64,000 nt of DNA from Candidatus Latescibacterota bacterium. Lineage in GTDB: Bacteria; Latescibacterota; UBA2968; GCA-2709665. Each line of letters starts with the position of its first letter. Positions within the stretch are counted from its first letter, which is position 1. The stretch covers positions 288,001 through 352,000 of the forward strand of contig CAXXXF010000003.1 of the NCBI GenBank assembly GCA_963667175.2, in the 5' to 3' direction. The notes beneath the pieces are model-generated. The model saw only the letters and a program-made list of their open reading frames with translations, had not been told where the DNA came from and made no database searches. Positions 9,128-19,500 of this stretch are shown piece by piece. A program made the position numbers and the translations under genes.

Positions 9128-10675
9128 ATGACCCTCCCCAAACGCGTCACGAGTCTTGTCGTTCTCGCCCTCGCGGCGTCGATCTGCATGCCGTCTTTCG
9201 CGTCGCGCGTGACGGGGGTGTTTTCGGGGGCGTCGCTTCAGGTGGATGCCAGAGTCGAGAGTACGCCGCAAAACGACGCGGTGCGGACCTTGCCGCCGCC
9301 GCAAGCGGGCGATACCGTCTCGTTTCAGTTGTTCGCGGCCGCCGCCGCCGGACAGTCGACCAACGGCTACGTGATCGAACTCGATCTGCCGGGCCGGACG
9401 TTTTCGAGCGATATCGGAACCCTTTGGGGCGTGGACTGGAACGGCGACGCGCTGGTGAGCGCGGGGCCGGCCGGGTTGTCCGCGCTGTTCCTCTCCCCGG
9501 CGACGGCGCCGTCCACGGGGTATCTGGGTCAGATCAACGTGCCCGTGACAACCGCCCTCGACTCTGGCGACGTCCTCAGGGTCAAGCGCATGACGATGAC
9601 CAGCGGGAACGACCTGGATCAACTGGACGTGTCCGCGGCGGCGATCGCCTTTTCGACCGGCGGCAATCCCGGCGATTTCGACAACGACGGAACGGTGGGC
9701 CTTTCGGATTTCCTGATGTTTGTGAGAGTCTTCGGGACGTCCTCGTCGGACGCGGGATTTGACGGCAGGATGGACTTCGACGACGACGGGACGGTGGACC
9801 TGACGGATTTTGAGGCGTTTGTGAAGGTTTTCGGCACGACGTACGCGCGCGACGACCGGCCCCTCGCGGGCGGGTCGATACGCAGGCTGACCAACCATAC
9901 CGCGGACGACCGGGCGCCCGCCTGGTCGCCCGACGGTCGGTACGTCATCTTCACGTCCAACCGTGACGACAACGACCAGATCTACGTGATGGAAGCGGAC
10001 GGGAGCGATCCGCGCCGGCTGACCCGCCACGATGCCTACGACGCCGAACCCGCCTGGTCGCCGGACGGCCGGCACATCGTCTTCATGTCCGACCGCGACG
10101 GCCACGCCGATATCTACGTAATGGGGGCGGATGGGAGCGACCCGCGCAGGTTGACCCGCCACGATGCCTATGACGCCGAACCCGCCTGGTCGCCGGACGG
10201 CCGGCGCATCGCCTTCATGTCCGACCGGGACGGCCACGCCGATATCTACGTGATGGGGGCGGACGGGAGCGACCCGCGCCGGCTGACCCGCGACGATGCC
10301 TACGATTCTCAACCCGCCTGGTCGCCGGACGGCAGGCACATCGCCTTCACGTCCGACCGCGACGATTACTTCGACGTCTACGTGATGGGGGCGGACGGGA
10401 GCGATCCGCGCCGGCTGACCCGAAACGAGGCCTACGACTCTCAACCCGCCTGGTCGCCCGACGGCCGGCGTATCGCCTTCGTTTCGGATCGCGACGGCAA
10501 CGACGAGATCTACGTGATGGAGGCGGACGGGAGCGACCCGCGACGGCTGACCGACGTCGAGGCGCTTGACGTGAGTCCCGCCTGGTCGCCCGATGGTCGC
10601 CGCATCGCCTACTCCTCCTTGTCGGACAGCGATTGGGAGATCTACGTAATCGCGCTTCAGGACGGAGGGCCGTAA
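9128..10675 (+). CDS. Secreted protein with cohesin/Ig-like N-terminus, dockerin/EF-hand-like pair and 6x PD40 (TolB-like) propeller
   Basis: ggaga RBS before ATG 9128. Signal peptide. DFDNDGTVGLSDF and DFDDDGTVDLTDF. Six PAWSPDGR repeats at exact 132-bp spacing (9921, 10053 ... 10581). Confidence 0.88.
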   Translation: MTLPKRVTSLVVLALAASICMPSFASRVTGVFSGASLQVDARVESTPQNDAVRTLPPPQAGDTVSFQLFAAAAAGQSTNGYVIELDLPGRTFSSDIGTLWGVDWNGDALVSAGPAGLSALFLSPATAPSTGYLGQINVPVTTALDSGDVLRVKRMTMTSGNDLDQLDVSAAAIAFSTGGNPGDFDNDGTVGLSDFLMFVRVFGTSSSDAGFDGRMDFDDDGTVDLTDFEAFVKVFGTTYARDDRPLAGGSIRRLTNHTADDRAPAWSPDGRYVIFTSNRDDNDQIYVMEADGSDPRRLTRHDAYDAEPAWSPDGRHIVFMSDRDGHADIYVMGADGSDPRRLTRHDAYDAEPAWSPDGRRIAFMSDRDGHADIYVMGADGSDPRRLTRDDAYDSQPAWSPDGRHIAFTSDRDDYFDVYVMGADGSDPRRLTRNEAYDSQPAWSPDGRRIAFVSDRDGNDEIYVMEADGSDPRRLTDVEALDVSPAWSPDGRRIAYSSLSDSDWEIYVIALQDGGP

Positions 10676-10706
10676 CCGTCCGGCTGCTGCGGCCTTGGGA
10701 CGTATC

Positions 10707-13700
10707 CTACGGCAGCGCGTCGAACTCACTCCAGATGGCGCCCGCTTTTGCCGCTTCGAGTCCGGTGGTCGGCAGCATGAAAAAGAGCGCTTGAATCCGT
10801 TCCCCGGGCCCCATCCACCGGTCCATGTTGCCACTGAGAAAGCATCCGACCTCGCCCAGCGCGAACCCTCCCGCGCGGGCGCCTTCCCCGGTTGCGCTCA
10901 CGAACAACACCTCTCCGTTCTTCCCGACGATCCCGCCCCAGTCCCAGTTCCCGCCGCTGGTCCAGTGGGGCGCCGCAAGCGTTGAGACGGACTCTTCGGT
11001 CGCGTTATGGAACGCCGCGGTCCCGGGCGAGGCGGCGAACGCCGGCCAGACGGCGAAGCCCACGTCTCCATCGGCGCCGAGTCCGAGTTCGTCGCGACAC
11101 GTCACGAGAATGGCAAGCACGTCCGCCCCGGGCGTCAGCAGGTATTCCAATGCGATCGACTGCCCGCGGGCGTGCTCCTGCGCGATGCGGCAGTGGACGC
11201 GCACCCCGCGCCAGACCAGGCCCTGGCGCCCCTTCCGTTCGATCACCCGGTACCGGAACCGCTCCTTGTAGAGCGTATCTTCCAGCCGGTCGTACTCCGG
11301 CGAGATGCCGCCGTGCCAGGGGTTCATCCAGGCGCGTGGCTCCGCGTCCGGATACGGGCTGTTGAGATACTCCAGGCCCTCCCGCCGGAGAGAAATCACG
11401 GATCCCAGGAAAGCAGGCGCGACCCTCACGGCCAGGATCCCGTTGTCGACCAGGATGACGCGTCCCTTTTCCTGGCGCGACACCCGCACCCGGCCGGCAT
11501 CCGGGGGAAGAACCAGCGCCCTATGCGTGAACCTGTAGACCGCCTCCACCGTCTCGAATCGAACGCTGATGTCCTTCGCTCCCGGCCGTGTCCGGCTCGT
11601 GGGCCGAATGGCCACCTTCTGCACCACCGGCTTTGACTCGCAGAGCCCGTGGACCCTGACGGCCGTAACGCCCGCGCGCAGACCGCCGGATGGTTTGACA
11701 ATGAGTTCGCCGTCCAGCGTGTGCCTGCCAACGTGATCGAGCCGCAACGTCGCGTCGGCGCGCTCGTCCGCCACGATCAGCGGGCGCGGCTCGATGCGGC
11801 ACTCGATCGGCCTTCGCTCCGGCGCAGCAGGCGTCTCGATTTCCGGAACGCGGTCGAACAGGGTCCGCCACCACGCCCGGACGGTCTGCCAGTTCCCATC
11901 GCCCACAAAGACGTAAAGGGGTTCCAGCGACATTGACGCGCCAGGCGCCACGCGGACGGCCCCGGTTCGAAGGCTCCCCCATGGACCGGGGCTCACCCGC
12001 TCGGCCTTGCCCCAGAGCATCCCGGCGGCGCAGCCATCCTCTTTTTCGGCGCAGAACCATCCTTCGGGCCACGAATCCGCCTCCTCCGAAAGCCTGAGTT
12101 CGTCCAGGTCGCGTCCGCCCGAACCGGAGGCCTGTCGGACCACCCCCGGTTTTCCCGGCACGACCAGCGACGCGTTGCGTGAGATATCCATCCACCAGTT
12201 CTGCGACACGGCAAGTTCCAGCGGCAGCGTCGATCCGTTGACGACCGTATCCATCACACTCACCAGCGGACCCTGGCCGACCAGGATTCGTCTGTCCAGC
12301 GAAACGCCCGGCCGAAGCACGGACCGTGTACGCTGCCGCAGCGCAACCCCGAAGGCGTCCCGTTCGACCCACGCCTCGGCCTTCTCCTGAAACAGATCGC
12401 CGCCGGAAAACGGAGGCCCCAGCCTCGGTCCGTGCAGGCTGATTCTTCGGGACCTCAGCGCGCGGAGTCTGTGGAAGATCGATACGCCCCCATTGCGCAA
12501 ATCAGCGCTGACCATCAGTCCGCCGCCGCGAAGCAGGGCGCCGTCCGCCCCAATTCCTCCGGACACGCCCCCTGGCTCAACTGCAAGCAGATCGAGGCGT
12601 TTGGTCTTGACCGGAATGGCCCTGCCGCCCGTCGCGGCGGTCGTCTCAACGTCAATGGCAACCGGCCCGGCCCCGGGCGCCGTCACCGGTACCGCCAACT
12701 CGGCCCCGCCCTTCGGGTCGAGCGTCACCTGCTGTTCGTCCGCGATGACGTCGACGCCGCCCGCGGGCATGACCCGCAACCGCGCCGTGCAGGCCTCGTC
12801 CAGGTTCGACCGCAGGGTCAGCTTCGCTTCCTGGGGAATTCCTGGCGTCAGGATCGACCGTACGACGTCCATGGAAACGTCCACGGCCTGCCTGGCGGCG
12901 ATCCCGGCCGCCAGTTCGATCCCCATTCCATCAATCACCAGGTCGGTCCGGAGCACGGCCGCTTTGGGCTCACGCGTCTTCTCTTCGATACTCGGATCGA
13001 TGACGAACGAGCCTTCGATTTCCGCGGCGTCCGTGACGTCCAGCGCCTTTCGCGTTTCGACCTTGACGCCCGGATCCCCGGACGCGGCGAGAAAGACGCG
13101 CGCCGGATGCGGCTTCCTGTTTTCGATGCGCCAGCGGACGGCGTGCGGGACGCCCGCGATCAGCTTCTCATCGAACAGGCTGCACGTCGCCACCAGATCG
13201 CTGGTCTCGATCTCGATGATCCCCCAGCTCTGCCGGTCGAATACCAGTCTGAGCAGGTCGCCGTCGGGCGCGCGCCAGAGGTACTCGTAAACCTTCACCC
13301 TGCCCCGCGTCATCACGTCCTCTTCGAGACTGAGTTCCCGCACCTGGGTGTCGTACCAGTCGTGCCTGGCGAAGAAAGAGGCGGCGAGCGGGTGCCGGCG
13401 GGCGGCGGGCGTGAAGTTCTCCATGTGCACGGATGAGTCGGGCCGCCACATGAAGCCCATTTTCTTGTACAGGGGAACGGCCTGCAGGTTTCCCGGCCAG
13501 GTGTAGAGATCGACCTTCCGGCATCCCGCCTCGAACGCGCGGTCCATCGCGCCCCACAGCGCCGACTTGCCGTGCTTCTTCCCGTGGTAATCCGGATGGC
13601 AGTTGAGGTGCGGGATAAACGCCTGCGCCTTCTGTCCGGGCGTTGTCCTGATCGTGCACAGGCTGATGATACGCTCTTCATTCTCCGTGACGATCGCGCC

Positions 13701-13895
13701 CAGCAGGTTGCTCTCCCGGATGCTTCGCTCCTGCTCCTCGGGACTCGTCTGCCAGCCGCCGCCGCCCGGCCAGCCCACGTCCGCTTCCATTTTGAGCGCG
13801 GCCAGTTTTTCGGCGTCGCCTTCCCGCCAGTCCTCCACGAGGTTTCGGGTCTTATGGAGCAACGGCTCCTCCCTCTTCTTCAGCCCTGATCTCAT
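10707..13895 (-). CDS. Large protein with N-terminal GNAT acetyltransferase domain and long beta-rich C-terminal region
   Basis: Acetyl-CoA motif A LNCHPDYHGKKHGK and motif B LYTWPGNLQAVPLYKKMGF; 1062-aa ORF. Confidence 0.8.
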   Translation of the reverse strand: MRSGLKKREEPLLHKTRNLVEDWREGDAEKLAALKMEADVGWPGGGGWQTSPEEQERSIRESNLLGAIVTENEERIISLCTIRTTPGQKAQAFIPHLNCHPDYHGKKHGKSALWGAMDRAFEAGCRKVDLYTWPGNLQAVPLYKKMGFMWRPDSSVHMENFTPAARRHPLAASFFARHDWYDTQVRELSLEEDVMTRGRVKVYEYLWRAPDGDLLRLVFDRQSWGIIEIETSDLVATCSLFDEKLIAGVPHAVRWRIENRKPHPARVFLAASGDPGVKVETRKALDVTDAAEIEGSFVIDPSIEEKTREPKAAVLRTDLVIDGMGIELAAGIAARQAVDVSMDVVRSILTPGIPQEAKLTLRSNLDEACTARLRVMPAGGVDVIADEQQVTLDPKGGAELAVPVTAPGAGPVAIDVETTAATGGRAIPVKTKRLDLLAVEPGGVSGGIGADGALLRGGGLMVSADLRNGGVSIFHRLRALRSRRISLHGPRLGPPFSGGDLFQEKAEAWVERDAFGVALRQRTRSVLRPGVSLDRRILVGQGPLVSVMDTVVNGSTLPLELAVSQNWWMDISRNASLVVPGKPGVVRQASGSGGRDLDELRLSEEADSWPEGWFCAEKEDGCAAGMLWGKAERVSPGPWGSLRTGAVRVAPGASMSLEPLYVFVGDGNWQTVRAWWRTLFDRVPEIETPAAPERRPIECRIEPRPLIVADERADATLRLDHVGRHTLDGELIVKPSGGLRAGVTAVRVHGLCESKPVVQKVAIRPTSRTRPGAKDISVRFETVEAVYRFTHRALVLPPDAGRVRVSRQEKGRVILVDNGILAVRVAPAFLGSVISLRREGLEYLNSPYPDAEPRAWMNPWHGGISPEYDRLEDTLYKERFRYRVIERKGRQGLVWRGVRVHCRIAQEHARGQSIALEYLLTPGADVLAILVTCRDELGLGADGDVGFAVWPAFAASPGTAAFHNATEESVSTLAAPHWTSGGNWDWGGIVGKNGEVLFVSATGEGARAGGFALGEVGCFLSGNMDRWMGPGERIQALFFMLPTTGLEAAKAGAIWSEFDALP

Positions 13896-13956
13896 TGGGC
13901 CAACGGTTTAATATTATTTAATTAATGTGGAACACCACGTGTGTTTCGGCTGTCTG

Positions 13957-16290
13957 CTACTTCACCACGAACGCCGCGTCCTTCGTGACGGTCTCGCCGC
14001 TGTTCACGTCCGTGACTGAAACCTGCAGCACCTGCCGTCCGGTGTTTTGACGTCCCAGTTGGAACGCGACGTACTCCACCTCCGAGCGTTCCGTCCCAAC
14101 CTGCTCGGTTTCCACCTCGACCTCGGCCCGCCGGTTTCCACGCAACCTCACCAGACGTGCGATGTTGCTCACCTCGGGATTTCCCTTTTCACCTACGGTA
14201 TAGGCCACACGGTATTTTGTACGTCCGAACGTGTCTCTGACCAGATTGTAGATTTCGTAGTAAACGTAGATGCTGTGTCCCTTGCCGTAGGTTCGGGTCG
14301 GCATCGGTACGACGTGCAATTCCCCTTTGCTGAATTTGCCACTCTCGTCGTCTTCCGTGATTCGCCAGGCCAGCGCCAGGTCGCTCATCCGAAGACCGGT
14401 CTCCGGGTACGCCTCCACCTGGATCGTCTGCCGGTACCGGCCGAGCTTGCCGGTGCGTCTGTCCCTGGCTTTCACCTCCATCCGGTAGTGGCCTGGCGGA
14501 ACCTCCAGCCGAACGACGTCCGGAACAAACGCCCCCTCCTGTTGCCTCACGTCTCCATCGTGACGGAACCGAACGTCGCCGTTCACGCGGTGCACGGCGC
14601 CGGTTTCCTTGTTCAGCACGGCGACAGTCCTTTCGACTTCGAGCGTCGTCACGTCCTCGGCCTCCAGGTACTGCGCTGCCTGCTGTGGAATCCCCGCGTA
14701 GACTTCCAGTGCGGACGCCGCTTCAGCCTGCCCTCGGAAATCCGCCAGATCGTAATAGAACTCCAGAGGATCGTCGTTCTCGGGCGGCTGGTAGTAGTCG
14801 GGATATCGCGCCGCCGTTCGCATGCTTACATTTCTTGGACTCAACCGGTTGAACGCGGCCAATTTTCGAATGTCGATATCCACGTCGACGGGCGGCGGCG
14901 CGTAATCGAAAGCGCCGTTCAACATCTCATCCGTAAACGTCACCTCCATACCGCCGCCCACGCCGTCATTGACGTAGACCCAGCTTTCCCACGGGACCGT
15001 CGACGTATCCATTTCATTGGCAAGCACGGGCCTGTAGGCGGGGGCCATGAAGCCGCCAAGTTCGCTATCTACGGGGATGCTTCGAACCGGAAAAGAGACC
15101 AGGATGTCTCCCCAACTCGCAACCTCCCCCGCGCCGTGGATCTGTATTGCAAGCGCCTCCTTAACCCTGTGCACGTCCACGCTCTGCTGGAAATTCATCC
15201 AGTCCGACCTGGAACGGTGGTCCGGCTCTCCGAATCTCACGTATACTTCTCCCCGCGTATCCCAGGGCTGCCGTGATTTGGAAAAATGCTGTCGCGCGAA
15301 CCACACTCGCCGGTAGTGTTCCAGTCGCCGCTCGTTGGCAGCCGTTGTCAGATCAGTGTCCCGGTCTCCCCAGAACCGGGTAAGAAATGCGTCCCTCTCG
15401 TGCGCCTGCGTAAAAGCCTCGTATTCGTCGGCAGAAGCCAGGAGCCGGATATCCTCATACAGCATCCGTTCCGCCGGTTCACAGGCTTCGAGATACCTCT
15501 CGAACGTGACCTCGGCCATGTCCAGGGAATCCAGCTCGATATAGGCGTTCGCGAGGACGGGCGCCATTTCGATCGCATCAGGATGGTTCTGCATCTGCGC
15601 GCGCATCAGGTCCACAACGCGAGCGTGGTCTCCGGCTTCAGCGAGCGCACCGGCAAGGAGCAGCGTGACGTCCGGATCTTCGGGCCGTAGAGACAGGAAT
15701 CGTTCGTAGTGCTCCGCCGCGCGCAGATGATCTTGCTTGAAGGTCTCATACCATTCCCCGAGCAGCCGGTGCGCAGGCGCAAACGCGGCATCCATCCGGA
15801 TCAGTTTTTCCGCTTCGCGCTTTACATCGTATTCTCCCAACGCGTACCTCGCCTCGGCGACGTGGTATCGCGCTTCCAGGTAGCTCCGGTCATATTGCAG
15901 CGCCTTCTTGAAGTAGTCGATCGCGGCGTACAGACCCTTCGGTTTTTCCCGCCACACAAGGCCGAGTCCGTTGTACGCCGGAGCGTATCTGTGCTGCTTC
16001 CGCCGCGCATCCATAAAGGCCCGTTCGGCGGCGTTCAAATCGCCATCCTTCAGGTATACGTGGCCCAGACCGACGTGCGAAGGCGCATGTTTCCCGTCAA
16101 TTTCGATTGCCGCGCGGAATTTTGACGCTGCCGCGTCCAGGCTGTCGCTGTCGAGCAGATCCATCCCCTCGATGTAGAGGCGCTTAACCAACGCCCGCTC
16201 CTCATTGGACGTCGACGTCGCCATGGCCTCCGAGTTGAAGAACGTCACCGCGACAGTGGCCAGAACCCTCAAAACCGTTGCAGATCTCAT
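13957..16290 (-). CDS. Secreted TPR + GWxTD-like domain protein
   Basis: ggagg RBS before ATG 16290 (MRSATVLR..). TPR motifs (APSHVGLGHVY, APAYNGLGLVW). FW..RD.D.TTAANERRLEHYRRVWFA...PWDTRGEVYVRFGEPD. Confidence 0.82.
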   Translation of the reverse strand: MRSATVLRVLATVAVTFFNSEAMATSTSNEERALVKRLYIEGMDLLDSDSLDAAASKFRAAIEIDGKHAPSHVGLGHVYLKDGDLNAAERAFMDARRKQHRYAPAYNGLGLVWREKPKGLYAAIDYFKKALQYDRSYLEARYHVAEARYALGEYDVKREAEKLIRMDAAFAPAHRLLGEWYETFKQDHLRAAEHYERFLSLRPEDPDVTLLLAGALAEAGDHARVVDLMRAQMQNHPDAIEMAPVLANAYIELDSLDMAEVTFERYLEACEPAERMLYEDIRLLASADEYEAFTQAHERDAFLTRFWGDRDTDLTTAANERRLEHYRRVWFARQHFSKSRQPWDTRGEVYVRFGEPDHRSRSDWMNFQQSVDVHRVKEALAIQIHGAGEVASWGDILVSFPVRSIPVDSELGGFMAPAYRPVLANEMDTSTVPWESWVYVNDGVGGGMEVTFTDEMLNGAFDYAPPPVDVDIDIRKLAAFNRLSPRNVSMRTAARYPDYYQPPENDDPLEFYYDLADFRGQAEAASALEVYAGIPQQAAQYLEAEDVTTLEVERTVAVLNKETGAVHRVNGDVRFRHDGDVRQQEGAFVPDVVRLEVPPGHYRMEVKARDRRTGKLGRYRQTIQVEAYPETGLRMSDLALAWRITEDDESGKFSKGELHVVPMPTRTYGKGHSIYVYYEIYNLVRDTFGRTKYRVAYTVGEKGNPEVSNIARLVRLRGNRRAEVEVETEQVGTERSEVEYVAFQLGRQNTGRQVLQVSVTDVNSGETVTKDAAFVVK

Positions 16291-16504
16291 TTTGAACCTC
16301 CAGGGAAAAACAGTCCTTTCGAAGATTTGGAGCCGTTTCACGTGAGCAGGTCTGGGTCTACTCTTCCGATTGGACCGGAAATAACCACAATACGGTGCGG
16401 CGCGTGTCCGCAATTCGCTAACCGCTGGTTTTTTTCTTTGTGCCTTCGTGTCTTTGTGTGAGATGAATTCCGGTAATCTATCTCCCGATCGGATACGTCG
16501 ATGC

Positions 16505-19500
16505 CTACTCCAGCACCAGTTCAACCGTCTTTTCACGCTCGGCGCCGGCGTGGTTGTCGCGCACCCTGACAGTGAGCAGAAACTCCCCGCTTCCGGCCTT
16601 GCTCAGGTCCAGCGAGCGATATTCCCTCGTATCCGGCGTATCGCCCAGTTGCGAGACGCTAACGGTGGTCGCGGGTTTCTTCCCGCTGCCGAAGATTCTG
16701 AGCAGCCTCCTGACGCCCCTCTGCTTCAGTCGGGTCAGTCCGTACGAAATATCGAACGAAGTCGTGCCCCGCAGGTCGGGCGTCAGGTTGTAGAGCTCGA
16801 AGTAAATGTAAACCGGATCCTTGCGGGAGAAACGAAGCGAGGGATTGGGTACGGCATTGAGTCCACGAACGTTGAACCCTTCGTTTCCCTCCACGTCGGG
16901 CCAGATCACATGCGCCGGTACGACGCTGCTCATCTCCAGATCCGTCTCCGAGAAGTGCGGAATTCGCACGTCCTGCTTCCAACCTCCCAGACGGTTGCCC
17001 CGCAAGGGCCGCAGGAAAAACGCCGCATGGCTTGAATCGGGGCTCGTGGAAAGCCGAAGTAAGCCCAGACTCCGGTCCTCGTAACGCGACCGTTCCACCT
17101 GCGCCTTGCGTACGTATCCGGTCAGGTTTTCGAACCGGTTCCATTGCAGGTCGTGCAGCGACAACCCGTACTCGTAGACCGCCGACGTATCGGGCAACTG
17201 GTTGTAGTCTTTTTTCAGCGCCTTGAAGGGCATTCCATAGTACAGCTCAACGTCGCCCTTACCTCCTTCGCCCTTGAAATACGCCAGGTAGGACTCGTAA
17301 TCCAGTTCGTCCACGTCGTCCTTCCATGAGTGCCGGTCCGTCTGCAACCCCGTCTCCACGGACCGGCGCGCTTCACGCCTGTATTTCTCGTTTTCCCATC
17401 GGAGCCGCGCGCCATAGTTCCCCGAGCCGGACAGGGACTCCACGAGCCGCCAGTTGGAACCCATGCTGCTCGGCGTGGCGACGAAATTGAACACCATCTT
17501 CGGAAAGGCATCCGTCTTCCAGTAGTGCCAGACTTCCTGCATCGAGAACTTCTGCGTATCGGACGCCCGCCCGTGCCGAATGTAAATCAGGCCCGGATCG
17601 TTGAACCGGTCGTTTAACTCAACCGTACTCGGGTATGGGATGTCATCGCCCTGGTCGGGATCGTAGAACCAGGTACGAAATCCGTCGTAAATGTAATATC
17701 GCTCGGCATACAGGATCCGCCGATAGTGCTCCGCAAGCCGTACGTTGGGAAACACCGCGGGCGTGGGGTCCCTGCTCACCCAGACCTTGCGGAAGAACTC
17801 CCGAAAAGACGTCTGCGTTTCGAGCCTGGAAAACGCATCCATCTCCTCGACGCTTACGATATATTTCACGTCTTCATACATCAGTCGGGCGTCCAGGGAG
17901 TCTCGAATGCTCTCCACCGCCTCGTTGTAATAGCCCTCACCCTTCTCAACCTCTTCCTGTCCGTAGGCAATGCGCGCCAGGGAAAGATAGGCCGGTATCA
18001 CGCTCAATGACGGATCCGACGCAAGCCACGCCCGCAACACCGTATCTGCCCGCGCCGTCCGCCCGGCGAGCCGCAGGGCATCGCCCTCGAAGTAGCGCGC
18101 GAATTCGGAACCATGCCTGCGCATCCACTTCAGTGCGTCCTTCGGATCCGTATTGTCCAGGAAATACAGGTACAGACGCCGCAACCTGCGCCGGTGCACG
18201 GGTTCGTCCGGCTTTCTCCGGACCTGGTTCTCGCCAAGCCGTACCGCCTCGATGAATGCCTTGTCATAGCGTTTGAGGACCGCGTACTGATAAAGGGCGT
18301 CACGGTATTGCGGCGCTTTGTCCAGCAGTTGTCTGAAGTGCCGGTCCGATCGCCGCCAGTCCAGCCAGCGTGCAACCGTCCCCTTGAACTTGCCGGCTTC
18401 GCGGTAGGCGATCGCCCGTCGATAGAGTGCTTTCGGATTGTCAGGATCCCTCTCCAGAATCCGCCCTGACCATTTCTTCTGGTCGCCCCAGTTCTCCTCC
18501 GCCATCGCCACGTCGCTCAAAGCCATCAGCGCCGAAGGCGATTCCGGCGCCCGCTTCAGCGCCCGCTTCAGGGTATATTTGGCGTCTTCCCAGGCGTCCT
18601 GTTGCAAATACGTCCTTCCCAACCCCACATAGGCCGGCGCGTACCCGTCGTCCTCAGAAATCGCGTCTTCGAATCGCTGCTTCGCCTCGTCGAGTTTGCC
18701 CGCGGCCAGCATTCCGATCCCCTGGTTGTACGCCGCCGGCCCTTCGGGGTCTGCCGCCAGCGTCCCTCTGGACGCCGGGGGTCCGCCGGCGCCCGCCGGA
18801 GAAGAACCCCGTTCCCGTATCTGTCGCGGAACGCGACGGGGCCGAACGCCCGTTCCAGGGCCCGTCGCCCGCTCGAATTCCGTGCGCCGCGTCCCGGGGT
18901 TGGCGTTAAGGCGTCGCACAAGCGTGTCGCTGTCGACGAGATGGATCAGGCGGACGCCCTCCAGGTCGCGAGTTGCAACGGGTTCCGCGCCGTCCAGCAG
19001 CAGCCGTTCGGGCCGCGGCACCATCGTGGACGGGAACACCAGCACGCCGCGCGCGGGCGGGTCCGCGGCGGTCGCGCCCGGCTGCGCGTGGGCGGCGGCG
19101 GGATCCGAGACCGAGACGACCGTGATCGACCCGATCATGCCCCCGCCTTGGGCTTCATCGAGGCCTTCTACCGCGGCAGCAACCGCCTCGGCGCCGTATA
19201 CGGACACCTCCGCCGTCACGTCTGCCGCCCTCTCCAGCGCATTTTCATCCGGCATCGCCTCCTTCGCGAATCCCGAGAACGCCGGAACGTAGACCACGCG
19301 GATGGTATCCGTATCCCAGACGTCTGCGGCCATCTGGCCGCGGGTACGATTCACCACCAGCACGTTCGGCGTGGCCGGCGCCGGCATGATCAGATGGACG
19401 GGAGCGCTCCACCGACCGGACAGGTCGTCATCCTTCGCAACGCGGTTCATGAACCCCATGAGGTTCAGGCTCACGCGCGCGTCGATCCGGCGCATCCGGA

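Noticed and set aside
7227-10834. Long antisense ORFs (7227..8768, 9104..10834) and similar ones such as 26728..28107, 29728..31194, 48832..49929 and 52307..53287
   Set aside because: Typical high-GC antisense shadows of real genes, with no motifs or RBS.
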